Part shown: positions 26,894 to 35,654 of the stretch, piece after piece
Layout of the letters: each line of letters begins with the position of its first letter
Numbering within the stretch: position 1 is the first letter of the stretch
Source of the DNA: an uncultured Thermoleophilaceae bacterium
GTDB taxonomy: Bacteria; Actinomycetota; Thermoleophilia; Solirubrobacterales; Thermoleophilaceae
NCBI GenBank assembly: GCA_963728495.1
Contig: CAVSKI010000006.1
Location: 104,489-168,488, forward strand
Direction of reading: 5' to 3'
Length of the DNA: 64,000 nt
Translations under genes and position numbers: made by a program
Notes under the pieces: generated by a model
What the model was told of the DNA's origin: nothing
The model's database searches: none
Seen by the model: only the letters and a program-made list of their open reading frames with translations

Positions 26894-27731
26894 CGGCGGC
26901 CCTGAGCAGTCGGTCGGCGACCGGCGGTACGCGGCCCTCGCGATCGCATTCGGGGTCGTAGGCGGTCAGGGACATCGCCTTTACCGCGCCCGTCTCGAGC
27001 ACCTGCTCGACGCGTGCGACGAGCTGGTCGGCCGAGATTCCGTCGGGGACGCTGTAGATGTTGACCTGAGCGGCCTCGGCATCCAGCACGTCCAGGTCCA
27101 CGTGCAGATACAGGCCGGTCGGCTCGGGCTCGAGCGCATCCAGCGCCGCCGCCAGCGCGTCGCCCGACGCGAGCTCCAGCGGGCGCAGGGACTTGATGCC
27201 GGACTCGCGCAGCCGACGCTCGTCGTCGTCATCGAAGTCCCGTACGCCGCCCTGCACGACCGCGGTGGCGGGCACCGTGCGGGCTCCCGGAACAGTCCTG
27301 AGCATCCCCCGCCAGGCATCTCCGATGAGCACGGCCAACCCCATCCCGTCGAGGTAGCCGGAGGTGGTCGTCTCGGGTGTGTTGAAGTCGCTGTGGGCGT
27401 CGAGCCACACGACGCCGGGTGCGCCCTCGTGGAGGCCGGCCGTCACGCCCAAAGCCGCCAAGCAGCAGCTGCCGGAGAGAATCACCGGGAACGCGCCCTC
27501 GCCGGTGGCGGCGCTCACGTGATCGCCGACCCGGCGGATGAGCTCGAAGCAGCCCTCGGCCTCGTTCGAGAAGTCCTCGGTCAGCTCAACCAGCTCCGTC
27601 TCGACCGTCGCACCCGCGGCGCCGAGCGCCTCGGCGGCCCCGCACTCCAACAGTCGCTCGGGCCCTCGGCCGACTCCGTACCGGTGCCGGTCGAGCTCGT
27701 AGGGCACCGCGATGACGCTTACCGCGTCCAC
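26859..27731 (-). CDS. Arginase/agmatinase/formiminoglutamase-family hydrolase
   Basis: Metal-ligand motifs VVWLDAHSDFNTP and LYLHVDLDVLD. The GTG start gives VDAVSVIAVPY. Confidence 0.8.
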   Translation of the reverse strand: MDAVSVIAVPYELDRHRYGVGRGPERLLECGAAEALGAAGATVETELVELTEDFSNEAEGCFELIRRVGDHVSAATGEGAFPVILSGSCCLAALGVTAGLHEGAPGVVWLDAHSDFNTPETTTSGYLDGMGLAVLIGDAWRGMLRTVPGARTVPATAVVQGGVRDFDDDDERRLRESGIKSLRPLELASGDALAAALDALEPEPTGLYLHVDLDVLDAEAAQVNIYSVPDGISADQLVARVEQVLETGAVKAMSLTAYDPECDREGRVPPVADRLLRAAASAQARVRGAT

Positions 27732-27741
27732 CCGGCGAACT

Positions 27742-28881
27742 CTACGCCGCGTCGCGATCCTGGTGGCGGACGAGATCGAGGAGCAGCTCTTCGGTGGGCA
27801 ACTCCTCCGAATCGCCGCCGGGGTCGGCCACCGCCTCCGCGGCGCGCACGAGATCGATGGCGGTGGAGCGCACCTGAGCCACGATCTCCGCCAGGCCGAG
27901 ATCGGGGTCGCCCTCGAAGCTCTGGGTCGCCTGAGCGGCGGCACCCGAGGCGTGCAGTCTTACCTCTCTGGCGTCCGGAGAGTCGTCGCCAAACTCGGCC
28001 GCGAGCGCCCACACGGCATAGCCCAGAGCACGTAGGGCCTGCGTCAACTCTTCGGGCGCCTCACCGCCGCCGCGCAGGTAGCGGCCCACGTGCCGCGCCA
28101 GGACGCGCGTGTTGCGCACCGCGAAATCGATGTGGCGCAGGCCCCGGGCGTAGCGCTCGATCTCCCCGCGGCTCGAGCGCCGCCCGGGTGAGAAGCGGGC
28201 GGTCTCGCGGCCGACGCTCACCGATTCCTCGAGCTCGCGCACACCATCGTCGATATCCCGCGCGGCCTGCAGCGCCGCCTCGGCCCGCGCGCTGTTGCGA
28301 TCGGCCAGCGCCTCGGCCAGCTCCTCCATGGTTCGGCCGAGCTCGCCGAATATCGCCTGTGTCGATCGCCCCACCAGCAGGATGGGGTTCAGAGGGAAGG
28401 CGAGAGCGCTGATCGCCAGAGCCACGCCGCCTCCGACCAGCGCCTCCAGTAGGCGGCTGGGCGGCAGGCCTGCGCTGCTCGGCTCGATCAGCGAAAGCAG
28501 GATCGCCGAGACGGCGGCCTCGGTCACCAGCACCGGGCCGCCGCCGAGAATCACCGCGGCGCTCATCGCCAACACCACGAGAAGACCGAGCTGGAGCGGT
28601 CCCGTGCCGATCGCGACGATCAGCAGGTCCGCCACTCCGATGCCCAGCACCACGCCACCGATCAGCTCGATGGCGCGCTCCGGGCGCTGGCCGTAGGTGG
28701 CGCCGAGGGCGATCACGGCCGCGATCGATGCGAACACCGGCCGCTCCACGTCGAGCAGCAGCTTTGCCAGGTACCAGGCGGCAACGGCCGCGACCGCGGT
28801 CTGCAGGATGGGCCAGGCACGACCACGGAGGCGGTCGAGCGCTCGGCGCATGGTGAGGCGGCTGGATTGGACGTGCGTCAT
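27742..28881 (-). CDS. FUSC/aromatic-acid-exporter-like membrane protein
   Basis: N-terminal 4-5 TM region (AWPILQTAVAAVAAWYLAKLL..) followed by a long helical cytoplasmic domain. Confidence 0.7.
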   Translation of the reverse strand: MTHVQSSRLTMRRALDRLRGRAWPILQTAVAAVAAWYLAKLLLDVERPVFASIAAVIALGATYGQRPERAIELIGGVVLGIGVADLLIVAIGTGPLQLGLLVVLAMSAAVILGGGPVLVTEAAVSAILLSLIEPSSAGLPPSRLLEALVGGGVALAISALAFPLNPILLVGRSTQAIFGELGRTMEELAEALADRNSARAEAALQAARDIDDGVRELEESVSVGRETARFSPGRRSSRGEIERYARGLRHIDFAVRNTRVLARHVGRYLRGGGEAPEELTQALRALGYAVWALAAEFGDDSPDAREVRLHASGAAAQATQSFEGDPDLGLAEIVAQVRSTAIDLVRAAEAVADPGGDSEELPTEELLLDLVRHQDRDAA

Positions 28882-28938
28882 GGACCTGTCCAGAGTGCCA
28901 CGCCTGCGTATGGAATCGTTAAAAAGCTAATGGCGCCA

Positions 28939-29772
28939 CTAGAGGGCTGCCCACAGGTGCATGACGGCGTAGGAACGCCACGGACGCCAGGCCTTCCCCC
29001 CTGCGTCGGTGCTGTGACCAAGCCGCGCGAGCGCGTTTCGCAGGCCAACGTCTCCGGGCAGCCAGGCGTCGCGATCGCCCAGCGCGCGCATCGCGACGTA
29101 GGAGGCAGTCCAAGGGCCCACACCGCGAATGGCGCGCAGCGCGGACGGATCGGCGCCGGGGCTCAGATCGAGCCCGCCCTCGAGCGCCAACCGGGCCAGT
29201 GATCGCAGCGCCTCCCCGCGAGCGCGGGGGAAGGGAAAGAGCGCCGGGTCCGCGTTTGCGAACGCCGTAGCGGTGGGAAAGCGCCGAGTGAGGGGGTCCC
29301 CGCCGCGCAGCGGCTCCCCGAGCTGCCCGGCCAGGCGGCCCAGCACCGTCCGTGCGCCCGCCACCGAGATCTGCTGTCCCACGATGGCCCGCACGGCAAG
29401 CTCGAAACCGTCGACGGTGGAGGGCACGCGCAGTCCGGGCCGTCGCCGGACGAGCGGCCCGAGCACCGGGTCACGACCGAACTGAGCCTCCATGGCGGTG
29501 GGATCGGTGTCGAGGTCGAGCAGACGGCGGCATCGCGCCAGTGCGGCATCGCGATCGCCCTGATCCTCCAGCTCCAGCCGGCAGCGAACACCGTCGGCCT
29601 GCGGCGTGAGTTCGACGATCGCTCCGCCTCCGTCGAGCACCATCGAGCGGCGGTAGCTCAGCCCGTCGAGCGCCTCCACGCCCGGTATCGCCCGGGCGGC
29701 GAGGAAGGCGATCAGCGCCTCGCCGTCGAACGGCGGGTGAGAGGGCCGGAGCAGCTCGACCGGGCCGCTCAC
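28939..29772 (-). CDS. alkA: DNA-3-methyladenine glycosylase II (AlkA N-domain + HhH-GPD)
   Basis: FELAVRAIVGQQISVAGART and LRAIRGVGPWTASYVAMRALGDRDAWLPGDVGL. Confidence 0.85.
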   Translation of the reverse strand: MSGPVELLRPSHPPFDGEALIAFLAARAIPGVEALDGLSYRRSMVLDGGGAIVELTPQADGVRCRLELEDQGDRDAALARCRRLLDLDTDPTAMEAQFGRDPVLGPLVRRRPGLRVPSTVDGFELAVRAIVGQQISVAGARTVLGRLAGQLGEPLRGGDPLTRRFPTATAFANADPALFPFPRARGEALRSLARLALEGGLDLSPGADPSALRAIRGVGPWTASYVAMRALGDRDAWLPGDVGLRNALARLGHSTDAGGKAWRPWRSYAVMHLWAAL

Positions 29773-29812
29773 GGCCCGGTGATTCGCCGCGTCCCGCTCC
29801 GAGCGCGCACGG

Positions 29813-30655
29813 TCATGGGCGCCGGCGTACTGAGATCTCGACGGAGGCCGTGACGGTCACCGGCTCCGGAAGGGCGCGCACCGCCTCGTCGAGGATCGCC
29901 GGGTCGGCATGTGCGCCGCTCGGGCCCATGGCCACCAGGTCGCGCACGCCCGCCTGCCCGAGCTCGAGGGTCCATTCGAGCTCCGACTCTAGGGCCGGCC
30001 CGAGGTGCGGACCGAGCTTCGCGTCCAGGCGTTCGCGCTTGCGCTCGTCCACGCTGAGCAGATCGAGCGCCTCGACCAGCTCGATCAGGTGGCGGTCGGT
30101 GGGGATGACCACGATCAACGCGCCGCCCGGCTGCAGCACGCGTGCGAGCTCGGGACCGTCGCGCGGCGCGAACACGCTCAGGGCCAGCGCCGCCGCCTGG
30201 TCTCGCACGGGCAGCGGGCGCCAGGCGTCGGCGGCCACGGCCCCGACGCGCTCGTGCGCGCGGGCCGCGCGCCGCAGCGCGTGCTTGGACAGGTCGAGCG
30301 CCAGCCCCGAACGGCCGGGCAGACGGTCGAGCACCCTCGACAGGTACCAACCAGTGCCCGCCCCGAGGTCGAGGACGCTCCCGGCCGGCCCGTGCTCGAG
30401 CGTCCGCGCGGCGGTGGCGGCGAGCGTGTCGGCCAGCGGGTCGAAGTTCCCGGCACCGAGGAAGCGCTCGCGCGCCTCCACCATCTCGGCCGTGTCGGCG
30501 CTGCCGAGCTGAGCGTCGCCGGGCAGCAGGCTCAGGTAACCCTGGCGGGCGATGTCGAACGAGTGGCCGTTGGCGCATCTCACCGACGCCGCGCTCGTCT
30601 CCAGCGAGAGACCACAATGAGGGCAGCGCAGGAGAGCCAGCACGTCGTCGAGCAT
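29813..30655 (-). CDS. RlmA-like rRNA (guanine-N1) methyltransferase / class I SAM MTase with N-terminal Zn ribbon
   Basis: LLRCPHCGLSL..VRCANGHSFDIARQGYLSLLP, then motif I VLDLGAGTGWY. Confidence 0.8.
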   Translation of the reverse strand: MLDDVLALLRCPHCGLSLETSAASVRCANGHSFDIARQGYLSLLPGDAQLGSADTAEMVEARERFLGAGNFDPLADTLAATAARTLEHGPAGSVLDLGAGTGWYLSRVLDRLPGRSGLALDLSKHALRRAARAHERVGAVAADAWRPLPVRDQAAALALSVFAPRDGPELARVLQPGGALIVVIPTDRHLIELVEALDLLSVDERKRERLDAKLGPHLGPALESELEWTLELGQAGVRDLVAMGPSGAHADPAILDEAVRALPEPVTVTASVEISVRRRP

Positions 30656-30673
30656 CGGTGCCAGGATCCCACC

Positions 30674-31033
30674 ATGGGAAAGCGCAGCCGGCGGCGGGCC
30701 AAGGAGGACTCCCCGCCCGCCGCGTCCACCACCGACTACCCCGACGCCGAGGGCAACGTCCTCACCCTGCGCGACGAGCTGAGCGCCGGAACGCTGCGCA
30801 AGCTGAGCGATCTCGACGCCCGGCCCGCAGCCTCGGCCGAGGACCGTTGGCAGCGCCGCGCGGAGTTCCTATTCGAGCGCCTCGTGGTGCGCTGGGAGAT
30901 CGCCGGGCTGCCGCTGGAGGGCCAGAAGGAGCTGCTGGGCCGCTACCGGATGGCGAGCTCGGACGAGCGGCAGCAGGTGCGGACGACGCTCGCCGAGCAC
31001 CTGGCGGAGCGCCACCCCGAGGTCATGATCTAG
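30674..31033 (+). CDS. Hypothetical protein
   Basis: MGKRSRRRAKEDSPP..., 119 aa with protein-like composition. The upstream portion of ORF 30005 is antisense shadow. Confidence 0.5.
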   Translation: MGKRSRRRAKEDSPPAASTTDYPDAEGNVLTLRDELSAGTLRKLSDLDARPAASAEDRWQRRAEFLFERLVVRWEIAGLPLEGQKELLGRYRMASSDERQQVRTTLAEHLAERHPEVMI

Positions 31034-31878
31034 GGAGCCCCCAACACCGGTTCGGGCTGACCCTTCATGGCCGCCGTACGCGCATCGCCCGCCGCGCGGG
31101 CCACGAGCGACAGTGGCGCCGCGGCCATCTCCACGAGCGACCGCAGCGCCGCGGCCACCGGCACCCGCGCGGCGGGCTGGCGGCGCGGCCGGCGTGGCTC
31201 GGGCCTGGGCTCGGGATCGGGTGGCTCGGGAATCTGCACGTTGGGGTTCTCCGGCGCCGGCAGCCCGCCCAGATCACCGCCCAGGAGACAGCCCTGCACC
31301 GCCTCGGCCAGCAGGCTCGCGCGAAACGCGTAGCCCTGTGCCGTGGCGTGGATGCGATCGCGCCCGAGCACCCCGGGGGTCGACATGGCGGCGGAGTGCC
31401 AGTCCATCACCTGCGCCCCGCTCTGTGCGGCGAAGGCCTCCACGACGGCGTTGAGCTCCGCGGTCGACGAGCCCCGTAGGTCGGGGCGGGCGATCGTCGC
31501 CACCACCATGCAGCGGCCGCCCGCCAACCCCTGCGCCGCCGCCAGGTTGGAGGCGAGAGTGGACGCGCTGAGATCGTTAGTACCCAGCGGAAACACGATC
31601 ACCTCGTGGTCCGCGCGCAGCGTGGCTCCGAGCACGCGCAGCCCCGCGGAGCTCGAGCGGCTGCGCTCGGCATCGACCTCCACCGAGGCGCCGGCCAGCG
31701 CCTGGCGCAGGTACGGACCCGAGCCCACCTCGAGGCTGTCGCCCACCACCAGCACCGGTCCGGGGGTGTCCTGCGCGCTCGCCGGAGCGGCGGAGAGGAC
31801 CGCCGCTACAGCAAGAATGGCCGCCGTGAGCTTCCCGACGATCGAGTTCGCGGCCTTCTTTGTGGTCGTGTTCGTCAT
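31030..31878 (-). CDS. Secreted SGNH/GDSL hydrolase with Pro-rich C-terminal tail
   Basis: Signal KLTAAILAVAAVLSAAPASA, block I VLVVGDSLEVG, block III FPLGTNDL, and DRIHAT. Confidence 0.7.
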   Translation of the reverse strand: MTNTTTKKAANSIVGKLTAAILAVAAVLSAAPASAQDTPGPVLVVGDSLEVGSGPYLRQALAGASVEVDAERSRSSSAGLRVLGATLRADHEVIVFPLGTNDLSASTLASNLAAAQGLAGGRCMVVATIARPDLRGSSTAELNAVVEAFAAQSGAQVMDWHSAAMSTPGVLGRDRIHATAQGYAFRASLLAEAVQGCLLGGDLGGLPAPENPNVQIPEPPDPEPRPEPRRPRRQPAARVPVAAALRSLVEMAAAPLSLVARAAGDARTAAMKGQPEPVLGAP

Positions 31879-33226
31879 CTCGTGGGCGCTGATGCCCCAT
31901 CCGCGGGCGTGGCGCCCGTTCATTCTGGTTGCTTCCTACGTCTTCTACGGCTGGATCGACTGGCGCTGGGTCCTGCTGCTGATCGCCTCCAGTGTCGTGA
32001 ACACCGTGGCGGGCCAGGTGATAGCCCGCTCACCGTCTCAACAGACTCGCAAGCGCGCCGTGACCGCCGCGGTCGTTTTCGACCTCGGACTTCTCGGCGT
32101 CTTCAAGTACCTCGGCTTCTTCGTTGAAGAGATTGATGGTGCATTCAGCTCGATCGGGCTGGGCTCGCCGCTGCCGCTGCTGCAGATCGTGCTGCCGATC
32201 GGCATCTCGTTCTTCACCTTCCAGGCCATCTCCTACGTGGTCGACGTGTACCGCGGCGAGACCCGGGCGGCCTCGCTCGGTGACGTGGCGATCCTGCAGG
32301 CCTTCTTCCCCCATCTCGTGGCCGGCCCGATCGTGCGAGCAAACGAGCTGCTTCCGCAGCTGCGCACCCCGCGCGATCCGCGCGAGGTGCTGGCCGGCCC
32401 CGGCCTATTTCTCATCGCGGGGGGCCTGCTCAAGAAGACGGTGGTCGCCGATGAGCTGGCCCGCAACATCGTCGATCCGGTGTTCAACGATCCCGGGGCG
32501 CATTCGGGGCCCGAGGTGGCGCTCGCCATCTACGGCTTCGCCGCACAGATCTACTGCGACTTCTCCGGCTACACAGACATGGCGATCGGGATTGCGCTGC
32601 TCCTGGGATTCCAGCTCCCCCAGAACTTCAACCGCCCGTACCTCGCCCTGAGCCTGCAGGATTTCTGGCGCCGCTGGCACATGACTCTGTCACGGTGGCT
32701 GCGCGACTACCTGTACATCCCGCTGGGCGGAAATCGCGATGGCGAGCGCCGTACCTACCGCAACCTCATGCTCACCATGCTGCTCGGCGGGCTGTGGCAC
32801 GGAGCAGCCTGGACCTTCCTGATCTGGGGCGGCATCCACGGGACCGCGCTCTCACTCGAGCGCTGGGCGCGCGCACGCTGGGAGGGGTTCCGCATGCCCG
32901 TGTGGCTCGCTTGGCTGATCACCTTCAACGTGGTCTGCCTGGCCTGGGTGTTCTTCCGCTCACCCGATCTGAGCACCGCCTTCGCGATGCTGGGGGGCCT
33001 GTTCGCCGGCGGCCCCTCCCCGCTCGTGACGGTCCCTATGGTTCTCCTGACCGTGGGTGCGATCGGCCTCCAGGCCGTGCCTGGCCGTAGTTGGGAAAAG
33101 GCGGAGGCTTGGCTGGTCACCCGACCCGTGGCCGCCCAGGGGATCGCGTTCGGCCTGCTGATAGTGGTCGCGGATGCCGCCGTCGGACAGGAGGGCGTGG
33201 CCCCGTTCATCTACTTCCAGTTCTGA
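31817..33226 (+). CDS. MBOAT-family membrane O-acyltransferase (AlgI/DltB/PatA-like)
   Basis: N-terminus MAAVSFPTIEFAAFFVVVF. Conserved DFWRRWHMTLSRWLRDYLYIPLGGNR and the catalytic-His region LGGLWHGA. Confidence 0.9.
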   Translation: MAAVSFPTIEFAAFFVVVFVISWALMPHPRAWRPFILVASYVFYGWIDWRWVLLLIASSVVNTVAGQVIARSPSQQTRKRAVTAAVVFDLGLLGVFKYLGFFVEEIDGAFSSIGLGSPLPLLQIVLPIGISFFTFQAISYVVDVYRGETRAASLGDVAILQAFFPHLVAGPIVRANELLPQLRTPRDPREVLAGPGLFLIAGGLLKKTVVADELARNIVDPVFNDPGAHSGPEVALAIYGFAAQIYCDFSGYTDMAIGIALLLGFQLPQNFNRPYLALSLQDFWRRWHMTLSRWLRDYLYIPLGGNRDGERRTYRNLMLTMLLGGLWHGAAWTFLIWGGIHGTALSLERWARARWEGFRMPVWLAWLITFNVVCLAWVFFRSPDLSTAFAMLGGLFAGGPSPLVTVPMVLLTVGAIGLQAVPGRSWEKAEAWLVTRPVAAQGIAFGLLIVVADAAVGQEGVAPFIYFQF

Positions 33227-33260
33227 GCCAGTGAATCCACGATCAAGCAGACACCTCACC

Positions 33261-34229
33261 ATGCCGGCCGGCCGGGTGCTCGGCGTGGTGCTTATCGCCC
33301 TGCTCGTGGCGGCCCTCTTCAACTCGGAGGCGATCGTGCGGGCGGGGGAGAGCATGCAAGGGGGAAACACGCGCGACGTGGTGCTGTCGGTGGCCCGGCC
33401 GCTCGACGACGTGGCCGGTACGGTCGGCCTTCATCTGCCCCGAGAGGGATTCGACAAGGCCTTCGGCCAGGAGCCGAAGACGGCCGAGGGCACCGAGCTC
33501 GAGCAGGGATCCACCGCGATCCTGCGTCAGGCCCCGAAGGGCAGGCGCGTCGAGAAGACCTTCCCGCAGCCCACCCCGACCAGCCCCATCGAGGTGTTCG
33601 TAACCGGGGACTCCCAGGCGCTGTTCATCGGCGAGCTGCTGACCGACGAGCTGCCCGACGACCTGTTCAACGTCGAGGTGAGCCCGCGCAATTCCACCGG
33701 CCTGACCAACCCCGAGTTCTTCAACTGGGAGATCAACGCCCAGCAGGAGGTCTCGACGCGACAGCCCGGAGCGGTGGTGATGATCATGGGCGGCAACGAC
33801 GGCTTCAACGTGGTCGGCGAGGACGGTCAGCTGTACGGGCCGCAGGATCCGGAGTGGCAGACCGAGTACGCGCGCCGCGCCGCCGTGGTGATGCGCGAGC
33901 TCGGCTCGAACGGCAAGCGCCCGGTCTACTGGCTTCCGCCCCCCACGGCGCGCGATGAGACCTTCAACGGGATCTACCAGACCCAGAACCGCGCTATCGA
34001 GCAGGCCGCCGCGGCGGTGCCCGGCGTGCGCTACGTGGACATCTACAGCACGATCAACGACGGCCGCTACAGCGACGATCTCAAGATCGACGGCCGGAAG
34101 GTGCTGGCGCGCCAGTCCGACGGCGTGCACTTCTCGCGCGAGGGCGCAATCGTTCCCACCCGGCTCGTGGTCAAGGCGATGGCCAAGGACTACCGGGCAC
34201 TGCGTGAGAACGGCGATGCGGCGCCTTAG
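33261..34229 (+). CDS. DUF459/SGNH-fold acyl-transfer partner protein (membrane-anchored)
   Basis: N-terminal anchor VLGVVLIALLVAALF, FVTGDSQA, MGGNDGF, and SDGVHFS. Confidence 0.8.
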   Translation: MPAGRVLGVVLIALLVAALFNSEAIVRAGESMQGGNTRDVVLSVARPLDDVAGTVGLHLPREGFDKAFGQEPKTAEGTELEQGSTAILRQAPKGRRVEKTFPQPTPTSPIEVFVTGDSQALFIGELLTDELPDDLFNVEVSPRNSTGLTNPEFFNWEINAQQEVSTRQPGAVVMIMGGNDGFNVVGEDGQLYGPQDPEWQTEYARRAAVVMRELGSNGKRPVYWLPPPTARDETFNGIYQTQNRAIEQAAAAVPGVRYVDIYSTINDGRYSDDLKIDGRKVLARQSDGVHFSREGAIVPTRLVVKAMAKDYRALRENGDAAP

Positions 34230-34788
34230 TCAGGCTCTGGGCGTCCTCCTGCTCGCCCTTGCGCCGGCCGCACCGGCGAGCGCCGAGGGCTTGAGCCGCC
34301 GACTGCTCGTGAACGGCGATTCGCTCGCCGTCGGCACCCAGCCCTACATCCCGCTCGCGCTGCGGCGCTGGAAGGTCACGCAGTCGACCGCCGTCAGCCG
34401 GCACGCCTACGAGGGCGCGAGCGTCATGCGCGCCTATGGGCGCGGGCTCCCCCGCGTGATCCACGTCAGCCTGGGCACCAACGACGACCCGCGCTCGGTG
34501 AGCGCCTTTCGCTCGGCAATTCGCGAGGTGATGGCCGTGGCCGGGCCGAGGCGCTGCGTGGTGTGGGCGAACATCGTGCGCCCACCGGTGGCGGGCGCGA
34601 GCTACGCGGGTTACAACCGGGCACTCGCGCAGGAGTCACGACCGCGCCAGAACCTGCGCGTGGTCAACTGGGCCAGGCTGGTGAGCGAGAACTCGCACTG
34701 GCTCGCCGGTGACGGCGTGCACGTTTCGGCCGAGGGCTACCAGGTGCGTGCCCGCACGGTGGCGCGCTCGGTGCGCCGCTGCCGCTGA
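34216..34788 (+). CDS. Secreted SGNH hydrolase
   Basis: Its start overlaps the previous gene by 14 nt. Signal ALGVLLLALAPAAPASA, VNGDSLAVG, LGTNDD, and GDGVHVS. Confidence 0.8.
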   Translation: MRRLSQALGVLLLALAPAAPASAEGLSRRLLVNGDSLAVGTQPYIPLALRRWKVTQSTAVSRHAYEGASVMRAYGRGLPRVIHVSLGTNDDPRSVSAFRSAIREVMAVAGPRRCVVWANIVRPPVAGASYAGYNRALAQESRPRQNLRVVNWARLVSENSHWLAGDGVHVSAEGYQVRARTVARSVRRCR

Positions 34789-34885
34789 GTCGATGACCGG
34801 CGTCTTGAAAAAGCGGGCAACCAAGATGGACGCGCCCGTGTTGTCGGCTTTGTGACTCTGCCGTAACGCGGTTTGGAGGCCGCTG

Positions 34886-34940
34886 TGGTCGATTTACCCC
34901 CGGTATAGGGGTGCAAAGCGACAATGCTCCTCACCGAGCG
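34886..34940 (+). repeat. Copy A of a ~55-nt conserved segment (5' region of a DUF559-type gene family)
   Basis: GTGGTCGATTTACCCCCGGTATAGGGGTGCAAAGCGACAATGCTCCTCACCGAGC compared with copy B at 43707-43760. It contains the hairpin ACCCC-N6/7-GGGGT. Confidence 0.7.
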
Positions 34941-35107
34941 ACCACGCCGAGCCCGCCCGACCGCGGGTGTTACATCACCGCTACGGAAGTGACGGCGCGG
35001 GCGGCGGTCTCCGACCCTGGTTGCTGCCGTTCAGGGCGCCGGCCCCGGCAGGCGGCCGCTCGCGCAGCGCCAGGCCCGCGCCAGCGGGCGAACCCGACCC
35101 AGCCCCA

Positions 35108-35636
35108 CTAATTGAGCGAGGGGTCCGCCGGCATCGTGGAGAGCAGCCGGTAGCTGCCGCCCTTGCGCCGCAGGGCATCGGACCAGATGTCGCCGTCGGC
35201 GAAGGCGTCGCCGGCCTCCGCCGGCGTGACCACCCACGCCTCCTGCTCGAGCTCGTCGTCGAGCTGCCCGGGGCCCCAGCCCGTATATCCGGCGAATACG
35301 CGAATGCGCTGCAGCGAGGCGTTGTCGGCGTCTGGGTCGAGAGTGCCAACCGCTCCCACCACCCGAGTCCCGGCGTCGGCCGGATCGGCGAACTCGCCCA
35401 GGGCGACGACGGACTGGGGCGCCACCGGCCCGCCGATGCGAACGACTTCCTCGTCGTCGGCCAGCTCCGCCAGCTGCGGAACAGCGTCGGCCACGTACAT
35501 CTCGGACTCGCGATTGAGTACCACGCCCATCGCGCCGTCCGGCGTGTGCTCGATCACCAATACGACCGTGCGGCGGAAGTAATCGTGCAGCAGCAGGCGC
35601 CGCGATCAGGAGGTGTCCACGCAGGCTGTCGGCCAT
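35108..35636 (-). CDS. YqgE/AlgH-family protein (UPF0301), apparent frameshift near 35590-35600
   Basis: MADSLRGHLLIAAP is in one frame. LLHDYFRRTVVLVIEHTPDGAMGVVLNR..FAGYTGWGPGQLDDELEQEAW is in the frame of ORF 35108-35560. Confidence 0.75.
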
Positions 35637-35654
35637 GGCGGTTACATTCTCCCC

